Shown in pieces: positions 1 through 12,980 of a stretch of DNA of 55,845 nucleotides. The notes under the pieces are model-generated. The model did not search any database, was not told the DNA's origin, and was given only the letters and a program-made list of their open reading frames with translations. Position numbers and translations under genes: made by a program. How positions within the stretch are numbered: position 1 is the stretch's first letter; every line of letters starts with the position of its first letter. Origin of the DNA: Conidiobolus incongruus B7586 (Eukaryota); NCBI GenBank assembly GCA_000697335.1, contig JNEM01008200.1, positions 1-55,845 on the forward strand. The letters are read 5' to 3'.

Positions 1-2254
1 TTGAATAATTAATAATTAATTATTTAAATTCAAGTTTTTGAAAATTTAATTTAATAAATTAAATAATAAAAAATATTTCAATTAATTTTTGGAATAATTA
101 AAAGTAATATATTTAATATCACAAAATTTTTAATTATTCTTCTAATATTTTTTAACAAATTAATAAATATATTCATTTATATTTATAATTAATTATAATA
201 GATTATTTAAACACTAAGTGTATCATAAATTTGTTATTTCAAAAAATTATTTTCAATAATATTACTAAACTTTATTATTTTTGTTAAAGTGAAAATATTA
301 TTTAATGATATTAAAATATTAAGAAATGCTATATATATCCATTAAGCTTTTAGTATATATATTAATCATATCAATTCAAAACTCTAATTATTATTAAAAT
401 TTGTAATTTGTATATATTGACAAAAAAATAATATAAATTATAATATTATTATAATCACTTTATAAAAATATTATGAGATATTTATTTTTATTAATAATCA
501 TTATATATTATGTTATTTATTAATATTTAAAATTAATATTTGTTAAATATATTAGATTTTATAGAATTTGATAGAATTTTTTTTGAATTATCAACAGTAA
601 ATAACGAATAGGTAAATATTTCAGTAATTAATACCCGATAAATATATTAATAATCATAAACACTTTAAAACTGAAAATGTATACATATTGAAGCTATGAT
701 ATATCATACTATTCCTCTCTTTATTCATATTGATATAAAAAATAAATATATCCTGAATGACAAAAAGTTTGGAAAAAAAGGCATATATTAATTAAAATTA
801 ATTATAATAACTGAATAATAAATTATTTTAAATTTTCTCTACATTATTTACAATGAAAAAAAATAACAATTTTCAGTTATTTTAAAACATAACTATTAGC
901 AATAAAATTCTAATATGATGGTATTGATAATGTATTTTCAGTTGCGTTAAATGATAAGCATTAGACAAAAAATAAATGATCCCGAGTAGCAATACAAAAC
1001 AATAAATATAATTATATTTAAATGGAAATTGTCATCTAATTACATGATTTTTCATTTTGAATTATTTAATTATTTACTCTCAAATTTTAAATTTTTAATT
1101 ATCTAATATTAATTTATGATAATATTGAACAATGAATAGAATTCATTAAATATATTTATAATATGTTGAATATGTGGCTATCAAGGTCATGAGTGTTCTC
1201 ATTAAAAGATGCAATTTGATAAAAATGACAGGTGATTTTGCACATAGGAAATCCTCATTATATACAAAAAGAAACAAATTATTGAAATAAAGAGGGGGGT
1301 CTCTCATTTATTTCTGACTAATACATAGTAATAATTAACCCTAATTTGAATCTTTACGCTTGTTGATCAAAAGATGACTTCCAAAGAATCGAATTCTAAT
1401 ATCAATTTTCACGATACCAAAACCTTTGGAACTGAATACAGTGGAATTTTAAAACATAATAAATATTAATTGATAAAGAAATCTATAAATATTCTGCCAG
1501 ATGGGTATAAAAAATAAATTATTATCTGGGTCAGGAAAAAGAATCATATCATTTTTTATTGATTAATATAAGTAAATAAATAATAATTATAGAAATTAGA
1601 AATATAATTTGACATATTTCATTTCATAATAAGATAGCTAAAATAATAATTTTATTAATACAAAATCATATCAGTTAATAAGATTATATATATAACTTGT
1701 AAATGCAAAATTAATACAACCCAGGTTGAAAAAAATCAAAAATGTTTTACAAATAATAGTTTATATAATATCACTGACCTATGATTTTTTCAATTTTGAA
1801 AACATCCAATTTCAATAAATAGTTACAACATTGAATAAATGCTATTAAGTGATTTGAATCGTGAAAAGTATTAGTATTTAATATACAATTATTAGTCTTT
1901 ATATTTGGTTAATATTACCTCAAAAAATATAATTGATATAATTACCCAAAATAAGCTATATATAGTAACTTAATATTCGAAAAAATGTATCAAAGTGGTA
2001 GACTATAAATGTAGATAATTAAACTAGGAGAAGCAGCTGTTGAAATAGAAACTATATAACGATATAGTTGAGTTACTAAGATATATAATATACCTGTATA
2101 TCTATGATCATGATATATCGATAGCATTATATTGAACTAAATGATATAAAAATACCAATAGCACTAAGAGGAAAAACAAGAGATAAATATTAATTGAATA
2201 TAGTGGGATAGACTGGTAGTAATTTTATTGACTTGAGAGTATAATATACATTGA

Positions 2255-2498
2255 CTAATCCTTAGGGTGGCCATTCTGACGCTTGAGACGTAAGTGAGGA
2301 TCGGTTAATAATTTGTGGCCCATAGCGTAAGTAGCTCCTAAAAAAGATATTATAAATATAGAATATAGAATATAGAAGGTATTATATAAACTTACCAACT
2401 AAACCAGAGCCAACGATAACCATTAAAGTAGTTAATTCGGGGTGATGCTTCTTAGCGGCGAGACGAGCACCTCTTTGAATAGCAGCTTTAGCGACCAT
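2255..2498 (-). CDS. Spliced microprotein, B12D/NDUFA4 (MLRQ, COXFA4)-like single-TM mitochondrial protein, 61 aa. Exons 2396-2498 and 2255-2337.
   Basis: Manual translation: MVAKAAIQRGARLAAKKHHPELTTLMVIVGSGLV/GATYAMGHKLLTDPHLRLKRQNGHPKD*. 58-nt GTAAG...TAG intron at 2338-2395. The HPEL-xx-L-hydrophobic TM-'KLLTDP.LR' pattern matches the B12D/MLRQ family. GC is elevated relative to the flanks. Confidence 0.8.
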
Positions 2499-3140
2499 AT
2501 TGTTATAATGTTATGAAATTGATTTTTAGAAGATAGATTGATGTGGATTGAAGACCCTTTGAAATCATATTTATAGTTTCAATTATCCCAATTGGGAATG
2601 CATGTGATTGGTATTTGCTATTTGGGGAATGACGTGTTCCAAATGATATGAGGAATTTAATTGATTTTAAAAAAATAATCAATTTCATTGGTTTAAATGT
2701 TTGATGTAATTAATTTGATTGAATAATTTTAATGCAAATATTAATTTGTTTTATTAAATATTAATATTATTGATTGATGGTTTGATTTTAGGTTGATATA
2801 ATGAATGTTAAATTTCTATTCAAAATTAGCTCAATATTAGTAAATTATCATTTTAATATAACATAAGTTTGATATAATTGGTAAATCATTAGAAATTATT
2901 GAATATATAATTTTAATAGCGCAATTAATGATTTTATATTTATATTCTCAATAATATAATATATATTTCGTTATTAAATTTGAAAATTAATTTTTTTGAT
3001 TAAAATAATTGGTAATAAAACCAAAATATGAATATTAATTATTAAATAAAATCTTTTCTAGCAATATTTATTCGAATTGGGCTAGTAAGATGATATGAAG
3101 CATTTATAGTATTGCTAATTTAATTTCTTACTAACATTTG

Positions 3141-3365
3141 TTGGGATACTTTAACCCCCTAGCCCTAAATACTTGTGATATTCTAGAAATTACACAATAT
3201 AAGCCACTTTTTACTATGTTTAAGATATTTAAACTACCTAACTTTCTTATATAAAACTCTTCTATTTTGATTTTTTCTTATATCTTTTATTTACTTTTTT
3301 AGTTTTTTGATATTTTGTATCTTTTTAAGGGATTCCTTCTAATAGGTGAGTTTAACCACCTGTTA
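3141..3365 (+). repeat. Degenerate dispersed repeat, copy 1 (possible non-LTR retrotransposon endonuclease relic)
   Basis: 'ggata.tttaacccct..gtgatattctagaaattacac..tataagccactt..tactatgtt.aagatatttaaac' recurs at about 6278-6385 and, more decayed, at about 4326-4430. 3330-3362 translates GFLLIGEFNHL, resembling the APE 'ILLGDFN' motif. Confidence 0.5.
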
Positions 3366-4325
3366 AGTGATAATTCTACTAGGGATTACTACAAACATCT
3401 AGAGTGTGATTAATCTAATTAAGATAATTACCTAACTAATGATATTTTGACTTGTTCTTTTATCTCAATACTTTAATTATTTTCAGTTATTTTATATTTC
3501 ATAATTAATAACCCATTCTAATGTAATAGTTAAACCAATATTATTTCTACTTTAAGTTGGTTTTGTTAGTTTATAATTAAAGGATACTTTTTGCTCTCTT
3601 TGTTTTCTTTGTTAGATTATAAACAAATCCCATATCATTCATCGAATCAACTATTTAAGCCCAAAAGTAATAAAGATAGAGAGGAAGTTTTTTCTTTTTG
3701 GATATTTTGCTATAATATCTCAATAGTAAATTCTAAGATATATATAATGCCAATATGCTAAAAAGCAGGATTAATAAGTAATTTATTAAATCATATTTTG
3801 AGCATTTTTCTAATAACAATCTTTATTTACAAAACTTATTATAAACCTTTAATATTTTAAGTCTTTATAATTCTTTTGTTTTTTATATTCTAATTATATA
3901 ATATATTATTTATTATAAAATTTTATAAAAATGATTAAATGATAAAATAGCAAACATAAGAAATATATATTTTCAATTAATATATTTTATTTATTTTGGA
4001 GATTTTATAATATAATAAAAAACTCTTAAGTTTATAATCTCTTGTTTATAATATTAATTTTATATTATAATGAATTAAAAATATACTTATTGAATTTATT
4101 AATTATTAAATAAAATATTATATGATTTTTGCTTTCAATATAAACTAGAAATATTCTTTTTATTATTAATTATTAACTATTGGAATTACCCAAAATATTC
4201 TTATTTTGATTTTTCTAGTAATATGATAAATATGGGATATTCTTTGCTATTTAATTAATTATTTAATAAAAGAAGTTTTGATTAAAAATAAATAAAATTT
4301 TAACTTTGAAAGGTAAGGTAATATT

Positions 4326-4560
4326 AGGGATATTTTAGCTCTTAACTTTAAAAACTTATGATCTTTAAAATTTTATATTATAAGCTATTTATTACTATAT
4401 TTGAGATATTTAAGCCATATAACTTTATTAAATCAACACTCTCTTATATCATTTTAATCAACTTTACTTTTTTATATTTGATTTACCTTTTTAACTTATT
4501 ATTTGATATTCTGTATTCATTTTAAACAATCCTTCTAATAAGTCAGTTTAATCACCTGAC
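4326..4560 (+). repeat. Degenerate dispersed repeat, copy 2
   Basis: Shares 'gggatattt...tataagc.att..ttactat.ttt.agatatttaa' and 'tccttctaata.gt.agtttaa.cacctg' with copy 1. Confidence 0.45.
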
Positions 4561-6277
4561 TGATTGCTAAAAATTAATATATATTTATATCACAAAATTG
4601 ATGATAAAAATGAAATTAGACTTTGGTAAATATTTAATTCTATAAGACATAAATAATGATTTAATAAAAGAGTCTTATAATAAATCAAAATTTCAATTCA
4701 ACTTAAATTTCTGACTATGAATTAATTAGTATGTAAAATATATTATTAATAAAATTGAATTTCACAAAATATTACATTTTTACCTTTTTATAATCTCTTA
4801 ATACAATATTTTAATCAGAATAATAGCATATATATATATATAATCGAGATATTATCAAAAACAATTATATTATTAAAATTTGAAATTTTTATGATTACAA
4901 ATGATATTAAGAAAGTATTATTATTTGTATTATTGAATTTATTTTATAACAATTCATAATATTATTAGTATTAAAGCCAATATAATTACTATTTAGCAAA
5001 TATTTTTAATATTATACTGTCCTTGATATTCTTTTAATCAATATATCAACTATGTGATGTGTCCAAAAACCGCTGTCAAAGTTTCAGATTTTTCAACCTA
5101 AAGTAATCCAATATTAATTTATTAAATTTTTCAAATATAGAAAATATAGTATTTAGAATAAAGGACTATCTTCATAAATATTCAGTATACCGTGTTATAA
5201 ATATCTTTAGTAAATTGCCTTATCCATCAAGTGAATTCATTAATAAAATATTCATTATTATTGCTTGAAAATAAGGTTATTACTAATTTATTGAAGGTTT
5301 TATTGAACTTCATTTCTGATTTTGAAAACAAAACTTCAAAAAACCTAGCAGAAATTTTTGAACATATAATATATTTTCATATCATTTAAATGAATTTAAT
5401 GTTTCTATAATAGTGGTGAATAAAAAGATTTGAAATAGGGAAATCTAGATAGTAGTTATTTAATTGGGATTATTGGGAATCTGATAGAAACAGTGAAATA
5501 ATTAAATCAGGTAAGATACAAAAAAATATTAAATAGAATTTTGAATATTTGAAACCAGTATATTGTATATACAACCAAAAATATTTTAATTGATAAATAT
5601 TAAGTATATTGATTTTTATGATCCTTAATATTTATTAATGTTATATTACTCTATAATATAAACTCAAATTTCACTCTATTTATACAAATTTACAAAGTTA
5701 TTATTTTTGAAATCAAATTTATTATTAAATAATTATAATTGAGTCGTTGAAATATTATGAAGAGTTCAAAATATATAAATTATTAGATATATATCTATTA
5801 AATTAGTCTTACAAATATTTAAAATATTAAATTAAATGACACAAAATACAATGAATAATATTAATATTTCAAATTAGTGATTGATTTATAAATTAAATTT
5901 AAAAATATATTTAATAGTTATTCTATTAAATAAATAATATTAAAAATTTCTATTTTATTAATATTTAAAATATTAAAAAATTTGAAATATATTTCTGTTA
6001 TTCTTGATAAATTTCTAAAATTATATAATTCACTCATTATAAAGATAAACTTATATATTTTTATACATATCAAATTGGAATTAAAAATGATGCTATTATA
6101 AACATTAAGAAATTTGATTTATTCAATTTTATTGATATATAGTCGCTACAGTTTTGATTATTTCCAACAGCATTTATTCAGAAAATTCAATGATTTAATT
6201 CTAATTATGCTCATTCATCGTTCCAGCAACAATAACTCTGCTTTCAATAATAATCAGGCTTACAAGTATGTTTATAT

Positions 6278-6385
6278 TGGGGATATTTTAACCCCTTGCT
6301 CTAATAACTAGTGATATTCTAGAAATTACACATTATAAGCCACTTTCTACTATGTTCAAGATATTTAAACCACTTGACTTTCTTG
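6278..6385 (+). repeat. Degenerate dispersed repeat, copy 3
   Basis: Near-colinear match to 3141-3250, including the exact run gtgatattctagaaattacac. Confidence 0.55.
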
Positions 6386-8447
6386 AATCAACCTCCTGGT
6401 CTATTATCTTAACTTCACCCTTCTTTATATTTTTCCACCCATTATATAAGCTAATTGCCTTTTATTTATTCCTTTTTATAAGTATCTCTGTCTATGTCGA
6501 GATTATGACTGTAACACTTGTCATAAATCAAATCAATACTCATTATTAATTAAAAAATGTAATAAATATATCTATTATTCATGAAAATATTTATAATAAT
6601 AGTAATACAGTAGTAATCAATACATCAAAAAACCACAAACTCAGGGATTATTAAATCAAATTTTTTCATATAGTTTAATTTTAAAAGAAAATTAAACTAG
6701 TGATCGATATATTTAATAGTAATATTTTTTTAACAACGTTATGAATCAATTCCTTTTATAATAGCCGAAATTCCTATAATTAAATAATACTAACTCTATA
6801 TCCATTACATTATTTTAATGAGATTATATTAAATTAAAAATTTGGTAAAAATACTCTCTAAATTAAATACAAGCGTTATTTATAGTTAGTATTTTTGTTC
6901 AAAAAAGTTAAAAAATTAATATATTATTAATATAGTAAATTAGTTAATTTTGCCATATATTTATTTAATTTTATAATTGTTTTCTTTTTATTTAATATTT
7001 TATAATATTCAATTTTAATTCTCTAGTATAATTCCAAAATAAATACCTTGTCAAATTTAGGTAAAATTTTTGCTTTATTTAATATAATATAATTTGAGAT
7101 ACTCAAATATTGAGAATTTAAAACAATTGTTTATATTAATTATCCAAAAAATAATAGTTGATATTACAAATGAGAAAAATATAGATTAATCAATTTTATT
7201 AAAATAAAATCTTATTGAAATTGTAAAAATTTAATAAATAAAAGCTCTGAGTTTAAAATATTAATATATACTAATATGACATATATTATATTATTCATTA
7301 TTTACACTATTTATTAATATCAATGAACATGTTTAATTTACATATATGTATTGATATAAATACTTTTCATAAATAAAAATTTTAACAGCACCTATCTACT
7401 ATTGATTATTTTTGTAAAATTATTTTGCTTATATAATAACTGATATTTAAATGTAATCAGTCAAATATAATAATATCAATTATGATAATTAATATTAATC
7501 AACATTGATGATATTCCTTGCTTTATAAAATTTCATATCAATCACAATTTTGTTATCAAAAAAATAAATCAAATATATATATACGCTCATATTATCTTTA
7601 TTTTTAATTTGAAAAAATTATCAAATATATTATTGATATTTAATTTGAATTGCACAATCTATTACAATTTTAATTCATTATTAGTAGTCAATAAATATTT
7701 TGATCAAAAAATTAATAATCTAAAATTGAACATTTTTGGTTAAAATATTATTATTATTATTATTATAGATACTTTAAATATCTTCAATTATTATAATAGT
7801 GAGTAAATATTTTAACCAATATACTATATCAAATTCTGTCATTTTGATTCCATAAAATTGAAATCTAAGTCTATTTTAAATTTATTACTGTTTGATGGAA
7901 ATGGATTACTAAACATTATTAATATTAAATTATATATTTAAATTATCTAAAATTATCGTACTAAAATTTCAGTGCATTCACTGACTATGGAATAATAACC
8001 ATTTAAAAAATGCGATTATTGAATTTTGAAATGATTTCAAACAATTACATTTTGGATAGAAAAATTTAAACTACAATCTTTTAATCAATTTTAAGGTTAT
8101 ATATATATATATATAACTAGAACCAACATTCATAATAAAAATACTCACAAAAATGACGGAATATCAACCTGAAAACAAACGACTGAATATGGGTAAATAA
8201 TCAATTAAGAAATATACAAATATAATGAAAATTTAAAATCTAATTTTATACCAATAAATTCAAATAAACAAAATTTTATAAAACAATGAAAGAAGTATAT
8301 ATTACTAGTGTTATAAGCTCATTTTAATCCAAATGAAAATACATACATTTGGGAATAAAATGAGTCAAATTGAGGGGAATAGTATTATTCCCTATTGGTT
8401 CAATATAAATTTAATACTGAAGCTGTAAATTAATTGGTTTTGAAAAA

Positions 8448-10963
8448 TTATTTAACTAGAGATATGTAAGTTAGTAATTGGATAAACAATTATGTATGAA
8501 TTCAATTTACCTGAGAGAAGTGCACGATGAGCATAGTATTGAACATCTTGATCTTTGTCTTCATTCAATTTAGTTAAAACGGCTACTACTTGACCGTGTA
8601 TCAAGGATTCGATTTCGGGATTCTGTTTGAGGACTGGGACGAGAGCTTCCAAAGATTTGGCAACATTGAAGCGAATATTGGGAATAGGGTCATTCACTAA
8701 GTTGGCAACAGTGGGGAAGATCTGATCTTTAATAACATCGGGTGTGACGGAGGGAGCGAGAGTTGTGATGGCAAAGATAGTGGTCATTCTGTATAAGTAG
8801 TTAGGGTGGCTAGCCATGGCAAGAATCTTGGGAAGAATGGTAGCCTTGGACCATTCAACACCGAAAATTTCAGTGAGCTTCTTGAGATTGAGAGTGGCAG
8901 CTTCACGGATAGCAAATACAGAGTCGCCAAGCCAAGACATGCAAAGATTACCCAACTTTTCGTCAAAGAATTCAACACCCAATTGAGTGGCGAGAAGAGG
9001 AATATATTCGATAATAGCAAGACGGACACGCCATTGCTTATCTTCAGCAAGTTGGATGATAGCAGGGAGTAAAGATTGGGAAAGAAGTTCAACGCCAATA
9101 ATGCGGTTGACAGCTTCGAGATTGGAAATAATATTAAGTCTGACTTCAGGGATTTCATCCTTCAATAACATCATAAACAAAGGCAAAAGATGTTCGATGG
9201 TATCTTCCTTGCCAAAGATAGGGGTCAACCCACTGATATTGTTGGCAACAGCAGTACGAACATGTTGGGATTGGTCACTGACCAGTTCCTTTAAAATATC
9301 TAAGAGATGAACGTGAACATTTTGGGCACCAATTAATTCACCAAATCCAGGGATTTGAGATGCGGCAGAAGTTCTGACTTCAGCTTCATTATCCTTAAGA
9401 AGGTTTTTGTAGTGGGTAATGAGTTCTTGCTCAATCAATTTAGGTCCAGAAACTTTGGCTAACTATATATAAATAGAAGTTAAAGTTGTTAGAAAAAAAT
9501 GACAAAGTAATCTTACATTAGTAAAGTTTTGAGCTACAATATATCTAACTCTCCAAGACTTATCAGTGCATAATTTTTTGATAGTTTCTAATAGTTGGGA
9601 TTCAACTTCATCGTGACCAATAAAATCGGCAACAACTATTAAAGATTCAACAGAAAGTAAGCGAACTGAATCCTATTACAAAGTGAATTACGTTATCACG
9701 TTACAAAATTATAAAAAATTAAAAAATGAATATTACTTGATCATCTTCGACGATTTGATTGATCATTGGCAAACAATCGGAAAATGCGTATTCTTTACCT
9801 AGAACTTGAGCAAAAGTCTATGATTAAGATTAATAAAAATTAGGTAATATTTTTATAAATTAGGTAATGACCTTTAATTCAGTAGCACTAGCTCTTCTAA
9901 CCATAGGAGTATCGTCATGAATAAGACCAGTATATAGCCTATTCAAAAGATAATACTTAGAAAATCAAATGACTTATTTAAAATAAAAAAATTACTTTCT
10001 TAATTGTTCTTGAATAGCTGAATTAACCTTAGGATAACATTGAGAGAAAAGGCCACAGGCACTTACACGACAGTTGAACCAGGGACCGGTAGCAAGGCGT
10101 TGAATTAAAGGAATATAATGTTCTTCGATTTGTTGAGTGGATAAAACCGAGCAAATTTTGTTTAAGGATTCAACAGCCTAAAAATTTTAAAGAATTAATC
10201 ACTGGATGAAATTTGATTATGGATTCAAATTGTTAATAAACTAAATCTATATTTCGAATAGGGAATATTTTTAGTAAACTCGATAGGAATATACTTGTTG
10301 TGATATTGAGAAGTGGGATCTCGTATAATTTGACCATATCTAATAAATAGATATCGACACCACCACAAATGTTACACTGATAAAATTACGATCCTTGATG
10401 AAAATTTCACTCCTTCAAAATATGTGGATGAATATACCATCAACAAAATAATCCTAATATCAATTCCCACATAATTCAATGCAAAATCCCAAATGATTAC
10501 AGATTACAAACCCTCAATAAAAGAGATGAAAAAATTACCTTATTTCTAACAACAGTTTCTTCAACAGAAGAGAGATTTTCCAAACTCTTCAATAAAAGGT
10601 GACTATATTCGGGACCACCGATAAGAGGGGTGAAATTACCTAACTCTTCAGCTAAGACGCATAAAACTTCATCTTCGTCATCAATAGAATCTATATAACA
10701 AAATAAACATGAGTAAAGATTAAAAATAGAAGCTAATAGGTTATACCATCTAAAAAGGGGATTAATTCATTTCTCGTCCTTTCGGGACCAAGGGCCAAAG
10801 CTATGGTAGAAATTCTGCGAATGGAATTTAAACGGAGAGAGAGGTCCTCATGCTTGAGTTCGTCCATCAATACTGCGATAGGGTACAAAGTTTCGTCCAT
10901 ATCGCTGGCATTGTCCAAGTTACTTAATTCGGAGGGGTTGACCTGAGGTAAGGTTGGATCCAT
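8448..10963 (-). CDS. TPD3: Protein phosphatase 2A scaffold/regulatory subunit A (HEAT-repeat, PPP2R1A/Tpd3/Paa1), about 604 aa. Exons 10747-10963, 10539-10690, 9996-10177, 9872-9938, 9737-9817, 9517-9672, 8511-9462, 8448-8455.
   Basis: N-terminal '[46 protein letters not shown]' and HEAT repeats '[11 protein letters not shown]', '[12 protein letters not shown]', 'NYLYRMT' are hallmark PP2A-A sequences. All seven introns are GT-AG and keep the frame. The last intron has a TACTAAC branch point. Confidence 0.96.
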
Positions 10964-11738
10964 TTTATAAATTTATTCAATAACTATACTTTTACAACTT
11001 GAGAGTTTAACAAAGAAAAATAGTTGAATGTAAAGTTTTATGACTTGGATTCTATCTCCTCAATTTTATCTCCCATTGATTACCTCATTCAATCAATTAT
11101 TATAACTGTTTATAAAAATAATCTAACCTTTCTAAATTTTGGATTATATTATCCACTCTCTGAATTATATTCTCATAATATAATAATGCACTTATAAAAT
11201 AAAATTCAAAACTATCTCAAGCATATACTTAATATTTTATTATAATTTACATTAATTATCTAATATAGTTTTAATAATTATTTGATTTGCAAAAATGATA
11301 CTAGGTTTTAATAAAATACAATTTTTTTAATTTAATAAAAGCATTGTAAGGAATTAATGTATCTAATATTAGTTGTTGAACAAGATACAGTTTGGTATCA
11401 TTTTTCCAATATATACCATCAAGTATCATTGTTTATTCATATGTATGTTACATTTAATAAAAAAATCCAAGATTTTAATTGATTTTTTTTTCAGCATTTA
11501 ATATATGCAAAAATATTAAAATTGTATCCATTTTATCAAGAGAATGGTTGAAAAGGTATCAATGCAAATTTTTTTGATAATAACAATAATGTCAACTCCT
11601 AAAAATTATATCGATGAATGGATGTATGTATTCAATGCTAACTATTTTAATTATTAACCAAAATTTAATATTCCAATATTTTATTACAATTTGATAATTA
11701 TAATATTCCAAAAAAAGAATATCAACTCATATATCTAA

Positions 11739-12001
11739 CTAATGCCTAATTTGAGTATCATTCTGGCTACCACCAGATACTTTACTATCTTGAACATTCC
11801 CATTTTGAGGTGTTGATCTCACCTTTCTAGAAACAACATAACTTCCAGCTAAATATTTTTATAAATATATGATATCTATAGTAATTCGATAATTAATTTA
11901 CCTAGCATTGTACCACCAACAATTAAGAATAGAGTAGATAATTCGGGATGGTAGGGCTTGAGTTTGAAAGATTTGGCACGATTGAGATTTTGTTGATTCA
12001 T
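11739..12001 (-). CDS. Second B12D/NDUFA4-like microprotein paralog, 69 aa. Exons 11902-12001 and 11739-11848.
   Basis: MNQQNLNRAKSFKLKPYHPELSTLFLIVGGTML/AGSYVVSRKVRSTPQNGNVQDSKVSGGSQNDTQIRH*. Same HPEL-x-TL-hydrophobic motif as the 2255-2498 gene, and a phase-1 GT-AG intron (11849-11901) at the identical position. Confidence 0.7.
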
Positions 12002-12619
12002 TTTAAATCACTTTAAAATTATGTAAAGATACAAATAACAGTTAATATTGAAATGAAGATTTTTAAAGGTATTTATACTACTTTTTCAGGGCCTTTAAGA
12101 TTGATTCTAAAAAATTGAGTTTTACGTCATTTTAGTGTGATGATGTAATTTTTAAACTTGATTTGTTTTGGTTTAATTTGAGATTTTAGAAAATATTCCA
12201 ATCATAATAATAATTTTGATTGTTTAAAAATAATTATAATAATAGATTTAATTAAATATTACAAATATAAAAAATTAGAAATTTAGTTTAATGCTACATA
12301 TATCAAAAATATGTTAAATTTTTCCAGCAATGTCTATAACTTATAATTTATGCAAATTGATATTCAATCAAATTGCAAGAAATGTTATTCAAAATGATGA
12401 AGCGATGATGAAATCTAAAATATTACACTCATGAATCACCTTAATAATATTATGAAATCATTATAAGGTTTGATCAGATATTTCTAAAACATTATGGTTT
12501 AATAAGAATAACACAATAAATAATATCTTTATTATTATCTTTGATAGAATCTGTAAGTTTATAAATATTATTGAATCTTCAAAATTGTTTAAATTTTTTT
12601 CTATTGTCTATTGAGAAGT

Positions 12620-12980
12620 AAACTTGCAAAGCGGATCAAATAGATTTGATATAACGGGCCAAAGGTGGCTAGCGAGATACTTTAAGGGATTTAATTAAAA
12701 TATCAATACGTAGGGCTTAGTTCTTATCGAAATGATCTCAGAGTAAATGTGCGTTCAGTGATGATTTTATAGTGTTATCAGTCCATACAACAATGTATTG
12801 AATCACTAATTATAGCTGTTGCCTCGGGTTTACATTGTACAAGGACTCTCCATGATATTTTATGTGAATTATATTCGAACTAATGACGGATGGTTTAAGT
12901 TAAATGGTGAGAAGACCTTCAGATTCGCGACACTTAATAATATAAGTTAAAATGGGTTGAACGTTAAGCAGTGACCATTT
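12620..12980 (+). other. GC-elevated non-coding island; probable NUMT (fragment of a mitochondrial group I intron)
   Basis: No ORF, and composition differs from the flanks. Segments such as 'ctaatgacggatggtttaagttaaatggtgagaagaccttcagattcgcgac' and 'aaatgggttgaacgttaagcagtgacc' resemble, from memory, structured core segments of fungal mitochondrial group I introns. Boundaries approximate. Confidence 0.4.

Noticed and set aside
8784..9310. ORFs 8784-9158(-), 8806-9072(+) and 8987-9310(+)
   Set aside because: Alternative-frame or antisense shadows of the PP2A-A exon.
12700..12725. 'ACGTAGGGCTTAG' resembling the 3' P4 strand of RNase MRP RNA
   Set aside because: No matching upstream GAAAGTCCC-type P4 5' strand found.
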